Assembly (NCBI RefSeq): GCF_006345805.1 | Contig: NC_043006.1 | Location: forward strand, 12,400,001-12,464,000 | DNA: 64,000 bases | Direction: 5' to 3' | From: Octopus sinensis | Lineage: Eukaryota | Shown here: positions 27,719 through 40,958 of the stretch, piece after piece | How the letters are laid out: each line of letters opens with the position of its first letter | Position numbering within the stretch: position 1 is the stretch's first letter | Notes under the pieces: model-generated | The model's input: the letters and a program-made list of their open reading frames with translations, nothing else | What the model was told of the DNA's origin: nothing | Database searches by the model: none | Position numbers and translations under genes: made by a program

Positions 27719-28204
27719 GGTACCGACCTGGCTGTATGGGAAGAATCTTGGCTCCCAACCATAAGGTTCCAGGTTCAGTCTCACTGCCTGATACCTTGGG
27801 CAAGTGTCTTCTCCTATAGCCTTGGGCCGATCAAAACCTTGTGAGTCGATTTAACGGACGGCTATTGAAAGAAGCCTGTCGATAGCTGTCTGTGTGTGTA
27901 TGTGCGTGTATGTGCGTGTATGTGTGTGTGTGTGTGTGTGTGTCAGTGTGTGTGTGTGTGTGTTAGTGTGTGTGTGTGTGTGTGTGTAACTTTGTGTCTG
28001 TGTTTGTTGCCCACCATCGTTTGGCAATCGGTATTGGTGTATTTACATCTCCGTAACGCAGCGGTTCGGCAAAAGGGGATGATTGAATAAATACCAGGCG
28101 CATAAGAAAATAATACTGGTATCGATTCATTCGACTAATAATTATTGCAGGTGGTGCCTCAGAACGGCCACAATCTAATGACTGAAAGAAATTAAGGATT
28201 AAAA
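27719..28204 (+). mobile_element. SINE-B, diverged, full length
   Basis: tRNA-like head, CCTTGGGCAAGTGTCTT block, (GT)n and 3' half. Confidence 0.8.
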
Positions 28205-28663
28205 AATGGTAAATGTTAATGCGGCAAAGCATGCAGCTAAAACGAAAAAAAATAAAGCATTTTGTTCTGTTGCACCGAGAATATGATCGCGAGAACGATA
28301 ACTTCATTTTATAATGGAATGCATCTTCAACAAACACCGCCAAGTGAACAGTTGTAGCAACGGATCAACGTGTTATTGCGTTCTACTAGAGTGTGAATGC
28401 ATGAGGGACATTTTATCGTTAAGTTTCTAAGCTGTGACGAGAAGTCTTTGGCAAACCAAATCATTAATAGATTAATTAACTCATTAGCTAATTGATAACA
28501 AACAGGCAGGAAACCGGCGAAGAGTTAATTATTTGCAGATATGCTCTGCCGAATAGTAGAATATTTAAATTTTAATTTTAATCCAAATCATTTTTTTTCC
28601 ATTCAAAAAGGAAGGGTGGCTGTTTCCATTAAGCAATCTCCGTGCGATACACGTACACACGTG

Positions 28664-28697
<34 letters not shown>

Positions 28698-28706
28698 ATG
28701 TATATA

Positions 28707-28737
<31 letters not shown>

Positions 28738-29896
28738 AATAACAAAGTTATTTTATTCCGCACGAGTAGAAATATCGGGAAAGTAGAAGTTGAACATGCA
28801 CTTAGAATACTTAAAGTATTTTTTTTTTATTATTATATTTATGGATTTAACCGGTTTCACAGTTTACACTGATTTTCAAAAGTTTGAAATAGAAAGACGT
28901 GGCTTATGTTGTAACTGTTTTGCTTCTGATTAGTGTTTGAAGCTTGCTCTATTCTTATAGGGAATTCGTGGCTCAAATTAATGTTTTGAATAGGGTTTGA
29001 TTAGTAGAGGAAAGTCACATGACTGGTTTTAGACATTTTTATTGGTTCCCTGCTACGTCTCTGTGTTATTATCAAGTGGCAATGTTCAGCGTGGTAAGTT
29101 AAGGTTAGCACGGTTGACTGAACAAATCAAGTGGTAGTATTAAGCAATCAATGCTTTGAATGTTTTCTCTCAAGTTTTTGCAGAGAGTGAACACGTGATT
29201 AAGTTTACAACCTTCTGTACATTCCCGGCTACGTCTGTTCGTTAGTGTCACGTGGCAGTATATTTTGTACCTAAAACGAAGGACGGCACGGTTGAGAGAA
29301 CATGTTTAGTTACAACCAAGGCACTTCAAATTTAATCTGCCTGGTGGGAGGGTAGACAGGAGTCGTTTGTATGTAGTTCAGTGGCTAAAGTTTAGGTTGT
29401 TAGGTTGTTAGCTCTGTCGGTTGCTTATGTTAAGAAGCAGTATGAGTTCTGTGTGTGAATAGTTATTTGTGTATATACTTTGCTAAAGTTTGTACTTTTG
29501 TATGAAATTATTCTCTTTGTTTATATACACACACATGTCTGTTTGTATATATATATATATATATATTACCACAGTTGTGTACCTTCACGACGGTCCTCAA
29601 TAGCCAAGGCGTAATTTACAAATGGCTGTAACAGAAATGAGATGACATGGAAAATGTATTTACGTTTTAAGTTCAAATCCCGCCGAGGCAAACTTTGCTT
29701 TCATACCTTTAGATCGGTGAATTAAAGTAACTTTCAAGCACTCAAGTCGGTTGAATAGCCAAGCATCCTAAATTGATGCTATTTCCTGAATAGGAAATAA
29801 TTTATTGCTCGGAGAGCCGGACACATAAAAGCATATATTAAAGTTATCATTAAATATGCACGCATATATATATATATATATATATATAAATATTAT

Positions 29897-29942
<46 letters not shown>

Positions 29943-30160
29943 ATATACACAAAGAACGGTTAAAAACATATTACATGCATGGAAATAGATATGTGTGTGA
30001 GAGAATATATATATATATGTATTAAATAATAAATCGAATGGTATACACCTGGTAGCTTACCAGTCAAGCACGTGCACTTTCACAGTGTTTGTTGGGTATT
30101 TGATTAATGAAAGAGACGGAAGATGGAAGACACCAGGCTGTTCATTGATCACTACATATA

Positions 30161-30192
<32 letters not shown>

Positions 30193-30525
30193 GTATATAT
30201 ATATAGAATAAAACTTATATATAAAGAACGTGAAATTCACGAATTGACAAACACGGAAAAACGGACAGTAATTCAGAGCCTTCATTCTTCAGTCAGAAAC
30301 CAATTCATCATGGCAAATTTCGGCTGTTTAATTCTGAGATTTGCTCCGAAAAGGCCAGCCCCAAGTAAAAGCTAAGCTATGGGCATTAGATTTGCTTGGT
30401 AGAAGGAAAGAATGTGACAACCGAGACGAATAGGAAAACAAGAGACGAAGATAAAATTGGAAACAGTAACGAATAAAAACAGGAATGGTACGGGGGTGTC
30501 TTACGACTTTGAGACAAAACAATTG

Positions 30526-30571
<46 letters not shown>

Positions 30572-30717
30572 AGAAGAAATGAGGTGCTCAGAAGATCGGA
30601 TGGTTTATATTTACAGATATTTATTTGTATATTACATTTTATATATATATATATCATATCACTTAGATCATTAGCACTTTCTCCCATTCTAGTGGGGTTT
30701 TCAAATCAAACTAAGTC

Positions 30718-30766
<49 letters not shown>

Positions 30767-30811
30767 ATAATATATATATGTATGTATATATATTATATAT
30801 ATATATATATT

Positions 30812-30813
<2 letters not shown>

Positions 30814-30891
<78 letters not shown>

Positions 30892-30990
30892 GTAGGTAGG
30901 TAGGTAGGTAGGTAGATAGATAGGTAGGTAGGGAGGTAGGTAAGTAGGTAGGTAGGTAGGTAGGTAGGTAGGTAGGTAGGTAGGTAGGTA
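30814..30990. repeat. Compound (AGAT)n to (AGGT)n tetranucleotide array
   Basis: Read directly from the sequence. Confidence 0.95.
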
Positions 30991-31269
30991 AATGTGTTAG
31001 GCACATTATATTCTAAATGAGTAGAACTGAAACCTCATTAAATATTAAAAAGCTTCATTATGGGTTCAAGTGAGTAAATGAAAAAAATTAAACCTATTAT
31101 TGCTACAGCATTGGTTTACATCCTCTTTCATTCTTCAAATTCAATTTTAGCTCTGAGGTCCAGCCGTAGACGAATACTGCAAAAGAAGAGCGAGCGGAGA
31201 AGAGGAACGGCTAGAGAGAAGGGATCGATGAAAAATATACACCGGTACTGAGTTGGTAGGGAAACCTAA

Positions 31270-31700
31270 TATCTGAGAGGATATGTTTCGTTATTAGCCA
31301 CATAGGGCTGCACACAGACGGGACAGATTACAAAGTAGAGCATTTTATTTTTTGGGGGGAGAAAAAAGTGGGGTAGGTTTTCGATCAAAAGGGATCGTAA
31401 CAGGGGAAAGAAAAAAAAATGGAAAGAAAAAAGGAAGAAAAAAAAGAAAAAAGGAAAGGGAAAAAAGAAAGAAAAGAAACGATCAATAGGGATCGTGTAT
31501 CACAGAAATGTCATGATGTAAAGTGTAAAGACGGAAGCAGATAAGGTTTATCCATGGAAAGAAAAGCCTACGGAAAAGACCAAGGTAACCTCGGTCAATA
31601 ATGATACATGTTACCACATTTGCTTGCAAATAGGTAACCTTCTGTTTTAAATTTTTCCGGGCTCATAGGATTATAAGTTCGATTAGACCACCGAGGAATC
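31270..31700 (-). mobile_element. Possible 3' end/UTR of a decayed LINE
   Basis: GC-richer than the flanks, with a pyrimidine-rich tract and a short degenerate frame (IDRGYLGLFRRLFFPW). Family not identifiable. Confidence 0.25.
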
Positions 31701-31823
31701 AGAACTTAATCTGTAGATAGCCAGAACGAACACTCTGAGGACATTTATCGGAAATTCTAAAGAAATAGCTAAATTGCCATCATTTATGTACGAATATGTG
31801 CCTGTGTGTGTGTCTGTGTGTGT

Positions 31824-31870
<47 letters not shown>

Positions 31871-32092
31871 TTTGTGTGTGTGTGTATGCGCGTGTGTGTG
31901 TATGTATTTGCGTGTGCGTGCGTGAGTGGGTCTGTGCGCGCGCATGTGCCCGTGTGTTGATATATATATAGCAATTACGTATATAAGTATATATATATAT
32001 ACATGTATTTATATAATATATATATATATATACATACACATATGTATGTATATATACATACATATATATATATACGTGCACATACATAATAT

Positions 32093-32140
<48 letters not shown>

Positions 32141-32433
32141 ATATTATATATTACGTTATATAATTAGGGCTCGGTAAAATAATTTACTTTGCCACGTACT
32201 GAAATTTTTAGAAATAGCAGCCAAAAAGTTTTTTTTAGTCATTTCCACTACTTTTAAGAAAAGTCTCCCAGATAGTGTTTACTCAAAAATAATTCACGTA
32301 GATATGGAGGGAAAACAGCAAAATATCACGTGTACAAAGATTAAATGATTAATCCCTTCCGAGGGCGCTGCGCCAAATATTCGTGATGAATTACTTCACT
32401 TCGCGAGGCATGGACAAACATATGTGCTCACAC

Positions 32434-32464
<31 letters not shown>

Positions 32465-32975
32465 TGCATGTTACTATGACACCGAGATGAACACGTGACA
32501 AAATCAGCGAAAACATTCAACTTAAAAATTTTATCGATATTAGTCGATACAATACCTTGCTTACACTTCATCGAATGCGGTGAGTTATTTCCCTTCACTC
32601 CTACTACTCATGGAGTTAGGTATTACGTAAAGAAGGGGGGAAAAGATCTTTCTCTTTTTATCGCCTCATATTGAGTTAATTCTTGCTGCCCACACCGACC
32701 TTAACAAACCATTAATTTTGTTCGTCATCATTGAAAGACGTTTTATTCGTTCTTTCTTTCGTTCTTTCTTTTTTTCTTTCTTTCTCTCTCTTTCCCACTT
32801 TCTATATATCTGTCTTTCCTGTTGCTATATTTTAAGAAATGATGCGAAATACAAATTGTATGTAGCTTCGGTCACACCTAATAAAGTATTTATAGGGACG
32901 GCATGTATATAAAAATATATATGTGTATATATATATATATATTATATATATATATATATATCTATATATATAATA

Positions 32976-33063
<88 letters not shown>

Positions 33064-33984
33064 CAAAGAGAAACATAGTTTTATAGTTTTTACATATATA
33101 AATGTACAAACATATATGTATGTATGAGTGTGTGTATGTATATATACATAAACACATACATATACGCACACATATATATATACATATATATATATACACG
33201 CATATATATACACGCGCGCACACACACACACATATATATGCATATATATATATGTGCATGTAAACACATTTATATAAAGAAAAATACACACATACACACA
33301 TTTGTATGTATATGTTAACATCTACATATTTGTGTGTGTGTGTGTGTGTCTGTGCATTTTTATATGTCTGTATATGTGTATCAGAGCACTGGTAATGGCC
33401 GTATTACTAACTTCAACACACTTGAACGAGTTTATGAGGAAATCATGTCGAGTAACCGACAGTTATGTATGTTTCAATTTAGCAAGTGTTAACAAATCAT
33501 ATACTGGGAATATATCAATTGATTTGAACGTAACGTAAAAATCGATTATCAATTTAAATAGGGTTCTAATTTCGAAGATAATTTAATTACTGATAGATTA
33601 AGAATTAATTTGTATAATGCAGGAGTAGTCAGAATAAATGTTTGCTGGAATATTCCGCACTTCTCTTTCGCAATGTGACTTTGCTATTTATGGGCGGTGA
33701 TGGGTGTCGAACGCAACCAAAATTAATTTTAATGAAAGCTGAGTAAGAAAGAGTGGATGTAATTAGCAACGTTGCTACAAATGCGGCCCCACAAACGAGT
33801 CTTCATCAACTTGGCAGGAGCTGTTCATTTATATTGGTTTCAGGTTTTGGCACAAGGCCAGCAATTTCAGGGACGTGGAAAGTCGGGTACATTCTAATCC
33901 AGTGCTGAACTGCTATTTATATTATGGACCCCGAAAAGATGAAAGGTTTAACCCATTATAAGAGTGTGGTGGGTTGGCAGAAAC

Positions 33985-34390
33985 GGAGTGGCTGTGTGGT
34001 AAGTAGCTTGCTAACCAACCACATGGTTCCGGGTTCAGTCCCACTGCGTGACATCTTGGGCAAGTGTCTTCTGCTATAGCCCCGGGCCGACCAATGCCTT
34101 GTGAGTGGATTTGGTAGACGGAAACTGAAAGAAGCCTGTCGTATATATGTATATATATATGTATGTGTGTGTGTGTTTTTGTGTCTGTGTTTGTCCCCTT
34201 AGCATTGCTTGACAACCGATGCTGGTGTGTTTACGTCCCCGTCACTTAGCGGTTCGGTAAAAAGAGACCGATAGAATAAGTACTGGGCTTACAAAAAGAA
34301 TAAGTCCCGGGGTCGAGTTGCTCGATTAAAGGCGGTGCTCCAGCATGGCCGCAGTCAAATGACTGAAACAAGTAAAAGAGTAAAAGAGTA
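33985..34390 (+). mobile_element. SINE-B, young, inserted into an older SINE-A head
   Basis: Near-identical to 53212-53630; ends (GTAAAAGA)2; SINE-A-like head upstream and B-box downstream. Confidence 0.85.
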
Positions 34391-34718
34391 ATAAAACGGG
34401 TTGGCAATGTTTGTTCTGATTCATCGTGTTCTGAGTTCAAATTCCATCTGGATCATATTTGCCTTTTACGCTTGTGAGTTCAATGGAATGAAGTATCAGT
34501 CTTGCTATCGATTAATGCCCTCCCCCAAATATTACTCAAGGTCGTGTCCCAGCATAGCTGTTTTCTAATGACAAAAATATGTAAATAACAAAGAAGGCGA
34601 CGAACAGGCAGGACCGTTACCATCACGGGCAAAATGCTTTGCGGCATTTCGTCCCTCTTTAAGTTCTGAATCCGCCGAAATTTGCCGTTCACCCGTCGGA
34701 ATTGATGAAATAAGTACC

Positions 34719-34950
34719 TATTTCTTTATTACCCACAAGGCGCTAAACACAGAGGGGACAAACAAGGACAGACATAGGTATTTAGTCGTTTGTACCGACC
34801 CCAGTGCGTAACTGGTAGTTAATTTATCGACCCCGAAAGGATGAAAGGCAAAGTCGACCTCGGCGAAACTTGAACTCACAACGTAATGCAGACGAAATAC
34901 GGCTATGCATTTCGCCCGGCGTGCTAACGTTTCTACCAGCTCGACGCCTT
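34719..34950 (-). mobile_element. SINE-A full length, inserted in an older + strand SINE-A2
   Basis: AGTACC duplicated at 34713-34718 and 34951-34956; the interrupted element resumes after it. Confidence 0.85.
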
Positions 34951-35809
34951 AGTACCACTTACGCACTGGATTCGATGTAATCGACGAACCCCTTCACTCA
35001 AAATTTTCAGGCCTTGTGCCTAAAATAGAAAAGATTATTAAATACCTCAACTTTAACGCGGCAAATTGGCGTTTTCTGAGTTTAAATATCTTCAAGATCA
35101 ACTTTGCCGTTAATTCTCACGGGGTCGATAAAAGAAAGTTCTGGTCAACAGCTACTGTTGATGCAATCACCTAAGCCGTTCCCCCAAAAGATTTTTAGCG
35201 TTGTGCCTATGTTAGAAACTATTTAGGGAAGCAAATTAGAAAATGTGTTCAACCATTATTTAAAGTAACTTAAGGTATTTGTTTCAACTTTTTTACGTTT
35301 TGAGTTCGAATATTGTCGAGGACAACTCTATCGTTTATCCTTCCAGAATCGATAAAGTAGAGCATAGATGAAGAACTAGGTTGGACACGATTATAGTAAC
35401 TACTATTATTGTTTCTTTTTCTTTCATTTTTTTTTTCTACAACTAATATTAATTGAAAGCAGCAAGGCCGCGAGCTGGCAAAATCGTAAGCCCCGCCAGC
35501 CAAAATGCTCAACAATATTTCATCCGTTTTCATGTTATGACTTCAAATTCCACCGAGATCATCCTTTTGGGGTCGATAAAATAAGTACAAGTTCAGCACT
35601 GGAGTCAATGTAACTGATTTATCTCCTCCTTCGAACCTGCTTTGTGCCAAAATTTGAAACCAATATTAATTGAAAGAAGGGACGTGAATTCAGAGAAACA
35701 GTAGCGTGTCTTTCAAAATGCTTTGTGGTATTTGTTCAGCGATGAAGAATGCATTGCCTTTCATGCTCCCTAAATCGGTAGAAATAGAATACCAGTCGTA
35801 TACTAGAGC

Positions 35810-36058
35810 AGTGGAGGCGCGTGGCTTAGTGGTTAGGGTGTCATCACCATGATCGTAAGATTGTTGTTTCGCTTCCTGGACCGGGCGACGCGTTGTGTTC
35901 TTGAGCAAAACACTTCATTTCACATTGCTCCAGTCCACTCAGTTGGCAAAAATAAGTAACGCTGCGATGGACTGGCCTCCCGTCCAGCTGGGGAACACAT
36001 ACACCATAGAAACCGGGAAACCGGGCCCATGAGCCTGGCTAGGCTTTAAAAGGGCGCA
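35810..36058 (+). mobile_element. SINE-D (tRNA head plus CORE-like domain), 11-bp TSD
   Basis: TSD TATACTAGAGC at 35799-35809 and 36059-36069. TTCTTGAGCAAAACACTT...CTCCAGTCCACTCAG...AAAAAT resembles the MIR-type CORE. Confidence 0.85.
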
Positions 36059-36229
36059 TATACTAGAGCCAATGTGACTGACTAAATACTCTCCCGACAA
36101 ATGTGCAATTCTTGTCAGTATTATGAATCATTTCTAATTGAAGTCAAGCTGCGTAAAGGACAAAACAATAGAACGCACGGTTGAATACCCTGAGGTATTT
36201 ACTTTCATCTCTCTGACGTTATGGTCATT

Positions 36230-36878
36230 TAGTCTTTTATTTTTTATTTGTTCCACTCGTTAAACAGCGGCCATGCTGAGAAATCGCCCTCAAGAAATTT
36301 TAGTCGAATGTCGAATGAATGATTCCAGTACTTATTTTTGTTAAACTTGGTATTTATTCTATCGGTCTCTTTTGCCGAACTGCTATGTTACGGGGACGTA
36401 AACACACCAACGCCGGTTTTCAAGCAGTAGTGGCGGCCAGCTGGCAGAAACGTTAGCACACCGGGCGAAAAATGCTTTGCGGTATTTCGTCTGCCGCTAT
36501 GTTCTGAGTTCAAATTCCACCGAGGTCGACTTTGCCTCTTTATTCTTTCGGGGTCGATTAAATAAGTACCAGTTACGCACTGGGGTCGATATAATCAACT
36601 TAATCCGGTTGTCCGTCCTTGTTTGTCCTTTCTGTGTTTAGCCCCTTGTGGGTAGTAAAGAAATAGGTGGAGTGGGGGAGAAACGCAGACATGAAGACAC
36701 ACACACATATACACATCTATATGACGGGCTTCATTTAGTTTCCATCACCTAAATCCATCCACAGGGCTTTGGTCGGCCTGAGGCTATAGAAGTAGATACC
36801 TATTCAAGGCGCCACGCCGTGGGACTGAACCTGGAACCATGTGGTTGAGAAGTAAGCTCCTTATCACACACCTGCGCC
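36230..36878 (-). mobile_element. SINE-B containing an antisense SINE-A insertion (36432-36665, +)
   Basis: SINE-B 3' half at 36230-36431, complete SINE-A, then SINE-B 5' half to 36878. Confidence 0.85.
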
Positions 36879-37359
36879 TGGTGTTTATAAATTAAATACC
36901 AGTAATATATAGTACCTCTTTTCTAACTAGAAATTTTGTATAGCGTTTAACCTAAGATGAAAAGAATCACTGACTGATGCAAGTAACTGGTTTATTACAG
37001 GAAGCGATTTAATTTAAAAGTTCTTACAAAGAAATAAATCAGGGAAAATGGCGAAGGTGGGGATGAAATCACCGAATCAGATCAATCGAAATGTGATATT
37101 TTTTTTTGTGACATTCTATCTATAATTGGTAATAAGAAAATCTGATATGATGGAGATGATGTGGTTGTTGTTGATGTTGTGGTTGTTGGTGTTGCAAGCG
37201 CTGTTTATGGTGTTGTATTTGCCGATGTCGGCGTTGTTGTTACTCTGTTATTATTGATGTTTGTTGTTATTGTTGTTGCTGCGATTATATTTGCTACCGT
37301 TGTTGTTGTTGTTGTTGTTACTACAGCTATCGGTATGGCATTGTTGTTGCTGCTGCTGC

Positions 37360-37763
37360 TTGTTTGTTTGTTGAGCGAGGCTGTCTTCGTCTCAGAGCTC
37401 GCAAGATCGCGCCACAGGAATGTCTGTACTGGAAGAGAAGTCCGAAACGTGGTCCTTTTGCTATTCGTAAGACCCGCAGAAGAGAAAGCAGGTCAATACC
37501 CGACACCGAGAGCATCGACGGATGGATGAATGCGCATCCAGGCTCAGCGGTTGCGTAGGAAGTCGGGGACAAGAAACAGGAAAAAAGAGTGAGAGAAAAT
37601 CGGAACAAAAGTGTACAACAGGGGTCGCCTGCACCCTCTGGCGGAGACTTGTGGAGCTTTAGGTGTTTTTGCTCAATAAACACACACAACGCCCGGTCTG
37701 GGAATCGAAACCGCCATCCTCCGACCACGAGTCCGCTGCCCTTACCACTGGGCCATTGCGCCT
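37360..37763 (-). mobile_element. SINE-C-related element with a different 3' half, inside a (GTT)n tract
   Basis: 37570-37763 aligns to the SINE-C head and body; 37360-37570 does not match the SINE-C tail. Confidence 0.7.
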
Positions 37764-38589
37764 GATGCTCTGCTGCTGTTGTCGTTATTGTTATTGTTGT
37801 TGCTGGTGTTGCTACTGTTGTTATTTTAGTTGTTAATGTTGTTGTTTGTTGTTGTTTTTGTTGTTGTTGACCACCTCAATTTAGCTTTCATTCAGTTGAC
37901 CTTGGAGCAGTGGCGTTCTAGGCGTGAATATTCCGTTTTTATACAAACTTTCGTATATCTGGGACCTTACCCAACATGTCCTTCGTGTTTGAAACAGAAA
38001 TATGTAAATTTGATAGACTTTGGCAGCTATTTCTAGCTGGTCGTGAGGCTACATAAAAGGCTTCCTCACCATCTCATCATATAAATTATTATATACGATG
38101 TGTCCTACCCTGACGAAATTTGGCAGCTATTTCTAGCATGCAGAGCGACCTTATGGTGGTTCAGCTTTTGGCTGCAAATACAATATTTTGGTATAAAGTA
38201 TTTTAAAAAGATTAATAAATAATGAATATGTTATACAACGATACTAATGTTTGACTTACGACTTTATCGCTACTGGTACAACATCATATCAACTACTTTA
38301 ATATAAAAATTCTTGTTTATGCAAATAATAATTCTATAAAACATAACTATGAAAGAGTTAAGCTGTTTTCTTTGAAATTCATTTGAAAGGAGTAAAGATA
38401 CGGAAGGCGGTAGAGCAAGTAATTCATTTAATATATTGAACTATATCGGAATAAATCTATAAATTATTTGGCTTAGTAAAACGAAGCACTTAACCAAATC
38501 AGTGTTTAAAAAACATTATTCTTGCAAAGTAATCCAGCAACTTCCTTGCAGTCATCTTTATTTACTTACACACATGTTTTTAGGGGTTA

Positions 38590-38983
38590 CTAGCAGTATC
38601 GCCCGGCGTTGCTCGGGTTTGTAAGGGAAATAACTATATAAGCATTTTTAGAGAGTTATAGCCAAAACATAGCAAAAAATGCATTAAAAATGGGAAAAAA
38701 TGATGGTAATTTTTTTTTAAATCGTTGACTCATCGTAGACATTTTTAGAGAGATACTTCCCTTATATAATAGCGAAAAAATGCATTAAAATGGAAAAAAA
38801 TGATGGTAATTTTTTTTTTAATCGTAGACTCATCGTAGACGCGCGCTAATACCCAGAAGGGCTCGATATGAATCACGACTATAAGATACCCGGTTTTGGT
38901 TAAACTGCACCGCAAAATGTGAGAGTAGTTAGGAATCTAAATCGTAGGAGACAGACACACAACCTCTCTTTTATATATAAAGA
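38590..38983 (-). mobile_element. Non-autonomous Helitron, family H2, copy 2 (394 bp)
   Basis: On the minus strand A|TCTTTATATATAAAAG ... CCCGAGCAACGCCGGGCGATACTGCTAG|T. Confidence 0.9.
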
Positions 38984-39080
38984 TATGTCTGTGGGCCGAG
39001 CCAAAGCTTAAATAATAATAAACAGGGGTTTGTGAAGGCTGCGCTGCAGCAAAGAGTTTTTGTGTTGCCTTTAACTGTTA

Positions 39081-39448
39081 TCATTTACTTCTTTCAATCA
39101 TTAGACTGCGGCCATGCTGGGGCAGAGCCTTACAGAAATTTCTAGTAAAATGAACCGTCCCCAGTAATTATGTTTTACAATCGCTTGATACCTTGATCTC
39201 TTCTGCCGAATCGCTAAGTTACGGGGACGCAAACACATCAACGTCGGTTGTCAGGTTGGGGGAAGGACAAGCAGACACACACACACGCACACACAACGGA
39301 CTTCTTTCAGACTCCGGCTATCAAATACACTCACAGGTCAGCTCGAGGCTATAGCAGAAGCCCATGCCTAAAGTGTAACGCAGTGGGACTGAACCCAGGA
39401 CCATGTGGTTGGCAAACAAGCTTCTTGCCACACAGCCACGCCTGCGCT
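39081..39448 (-). mobile_element. SINE-B, diverged, full length
   Basis: Head AGCGCAGGCGTGGCTGTGTGG and tail CAGCATGGCCGCAGTCTAATGATTGAAAG on the minus strand. Confidence 0.8.
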
Positions 39449-40695
39449 TGTTGTAGATAAAAGACAAAAAAGAAACTAAATGTTATTATATGAATCTGGA
39501 CTCGCGAAATTGTCTACTTGTTTGCTAATAATCTTCCATAGCTTATCATTCTGCTCAAGGACGTAAAATTCCAATTGTAACTAAGGTAACATATCTACGG
39601 GGAGTAAATAAAAAATTTATGAGATCATCTTGAAAATACGTATCTTGAGATATATAGTGCTACGTTTTTACAGGAATATTTTTCAAGTTGCTGGGTTTTC
39701 ATTTTGTATGTGATTTTATAAGACATAACTTGTATATTCTTATTTTCGTTATAATGAACTGTCACTTCTGTTGGTATAAACATATATAAATACTAAAGAA
39801 ATATACAACAAACGCACACATACATACATACATACATACATACACAGAGAAAAAAAATCAGTTATTTCTGTGTTATTTCCCCTGTAACCAAGGATGCAAG
39901 TTGCTACCTAGTCAATAATGCTGTAATTGATTTTATCCCACTGGAATGTAATTTCTTAGAAATTTCTTTAGTCTGTCGATGTTTCCAGTCAATATAATTC
40001 TCTGTGATAAGAGAACTCCATCTAGAATTTTCTGATACAACTATTTGAACAGTAGCAGGAAATAAACTTTATATCACATTGCCCCACCCCTGCCTCACAC
40101 TTGTCTTCACAAATATTTAAATATATTACAAAATGGCTCACTGTGAATAAGATTATTGATATTATATTTGAAATTGATTTAATATTTGGAAAAGAAGAAA
40201 CACAGATAACACATAACCTCAAACACGCACACATACATACACACGATAATATTGATCTCTTTTGATAAGACACAAAGAGAGAGGAGAGTTTCTCGAGTTT
40301 TATGAAAAAAGTGCTAACGTGATGTTCATGCCTTCTCCAATGGCATTAACAACGTAAAGAAATTGCAATAAGCGCCTATAGAAACGGAACCGTGTCGTAG
40401 CTTTGTGTTACCGGAAGCAAAATGTTACATATACGTTATTGGCCAAGTCAAATAAAAATGTATGCCTAATTTTAGCACAAAGGAAGCAATTTAAGGGTAG
40501 TCGTTCAGTCGATTACATCAAGCCAAGTACCAAACTAGTACTTATTTTATCGATCCTTTTAGGATGAAAACCAAAGTCGATGTTATTTCAACTCTGCATA
40601 AAGAGAAACAATAAATTCCGATGAGTATTTCGTCCAACACAAAAACGTTTCTGCCGGGTCAGTTTTCAAATTAACAAGTAATATCACACTTTATG

Positions 40696-40958
40696 GTGGA
40701 GGTATGTGGCTTAGTGGTTAGGGTGTCAGCACCATGATTGTAAGATTGTGGTTTCGATTCCTGGACCGGGCGACGCGTTGTGTCCTTGAGCAAAACACTT
40801 CATTTCACGTTGCTCCAGTTCACTCAGCTGGCAAAAATGAGTGTACGCTGCGATGGACTGGCGTCCCATCCAGCTGAGGAACACATACGCCATAGAAACC
40901 GGGAAACCGCACCCAATGAGCCTGGCTTGTCTTTAAAAGGGCGCATTATTTATTTTTT
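40696..40958 (+). mobile_element. SINE-D, 14-bp TSD
   Basis: TSD TATCACACTTTATG at 40682-40695 and 40959-40972; homologous to 35810-36058. Confidence 0.9.

Noticed and set aside
37425-37460. CTGGAAGAGAAGTCCGAAACGTGGTC, hammerhead-like
   Set aside because: The core has an insertion, there is no stem II or stem I, and it is antisense to the SINE.
37161-37529. Hydrophobic Val/Leu-rich ORF resembling a membrane protein
   Set aside because: It is a (GTT)n repeat followed by antisense SINE sequence.
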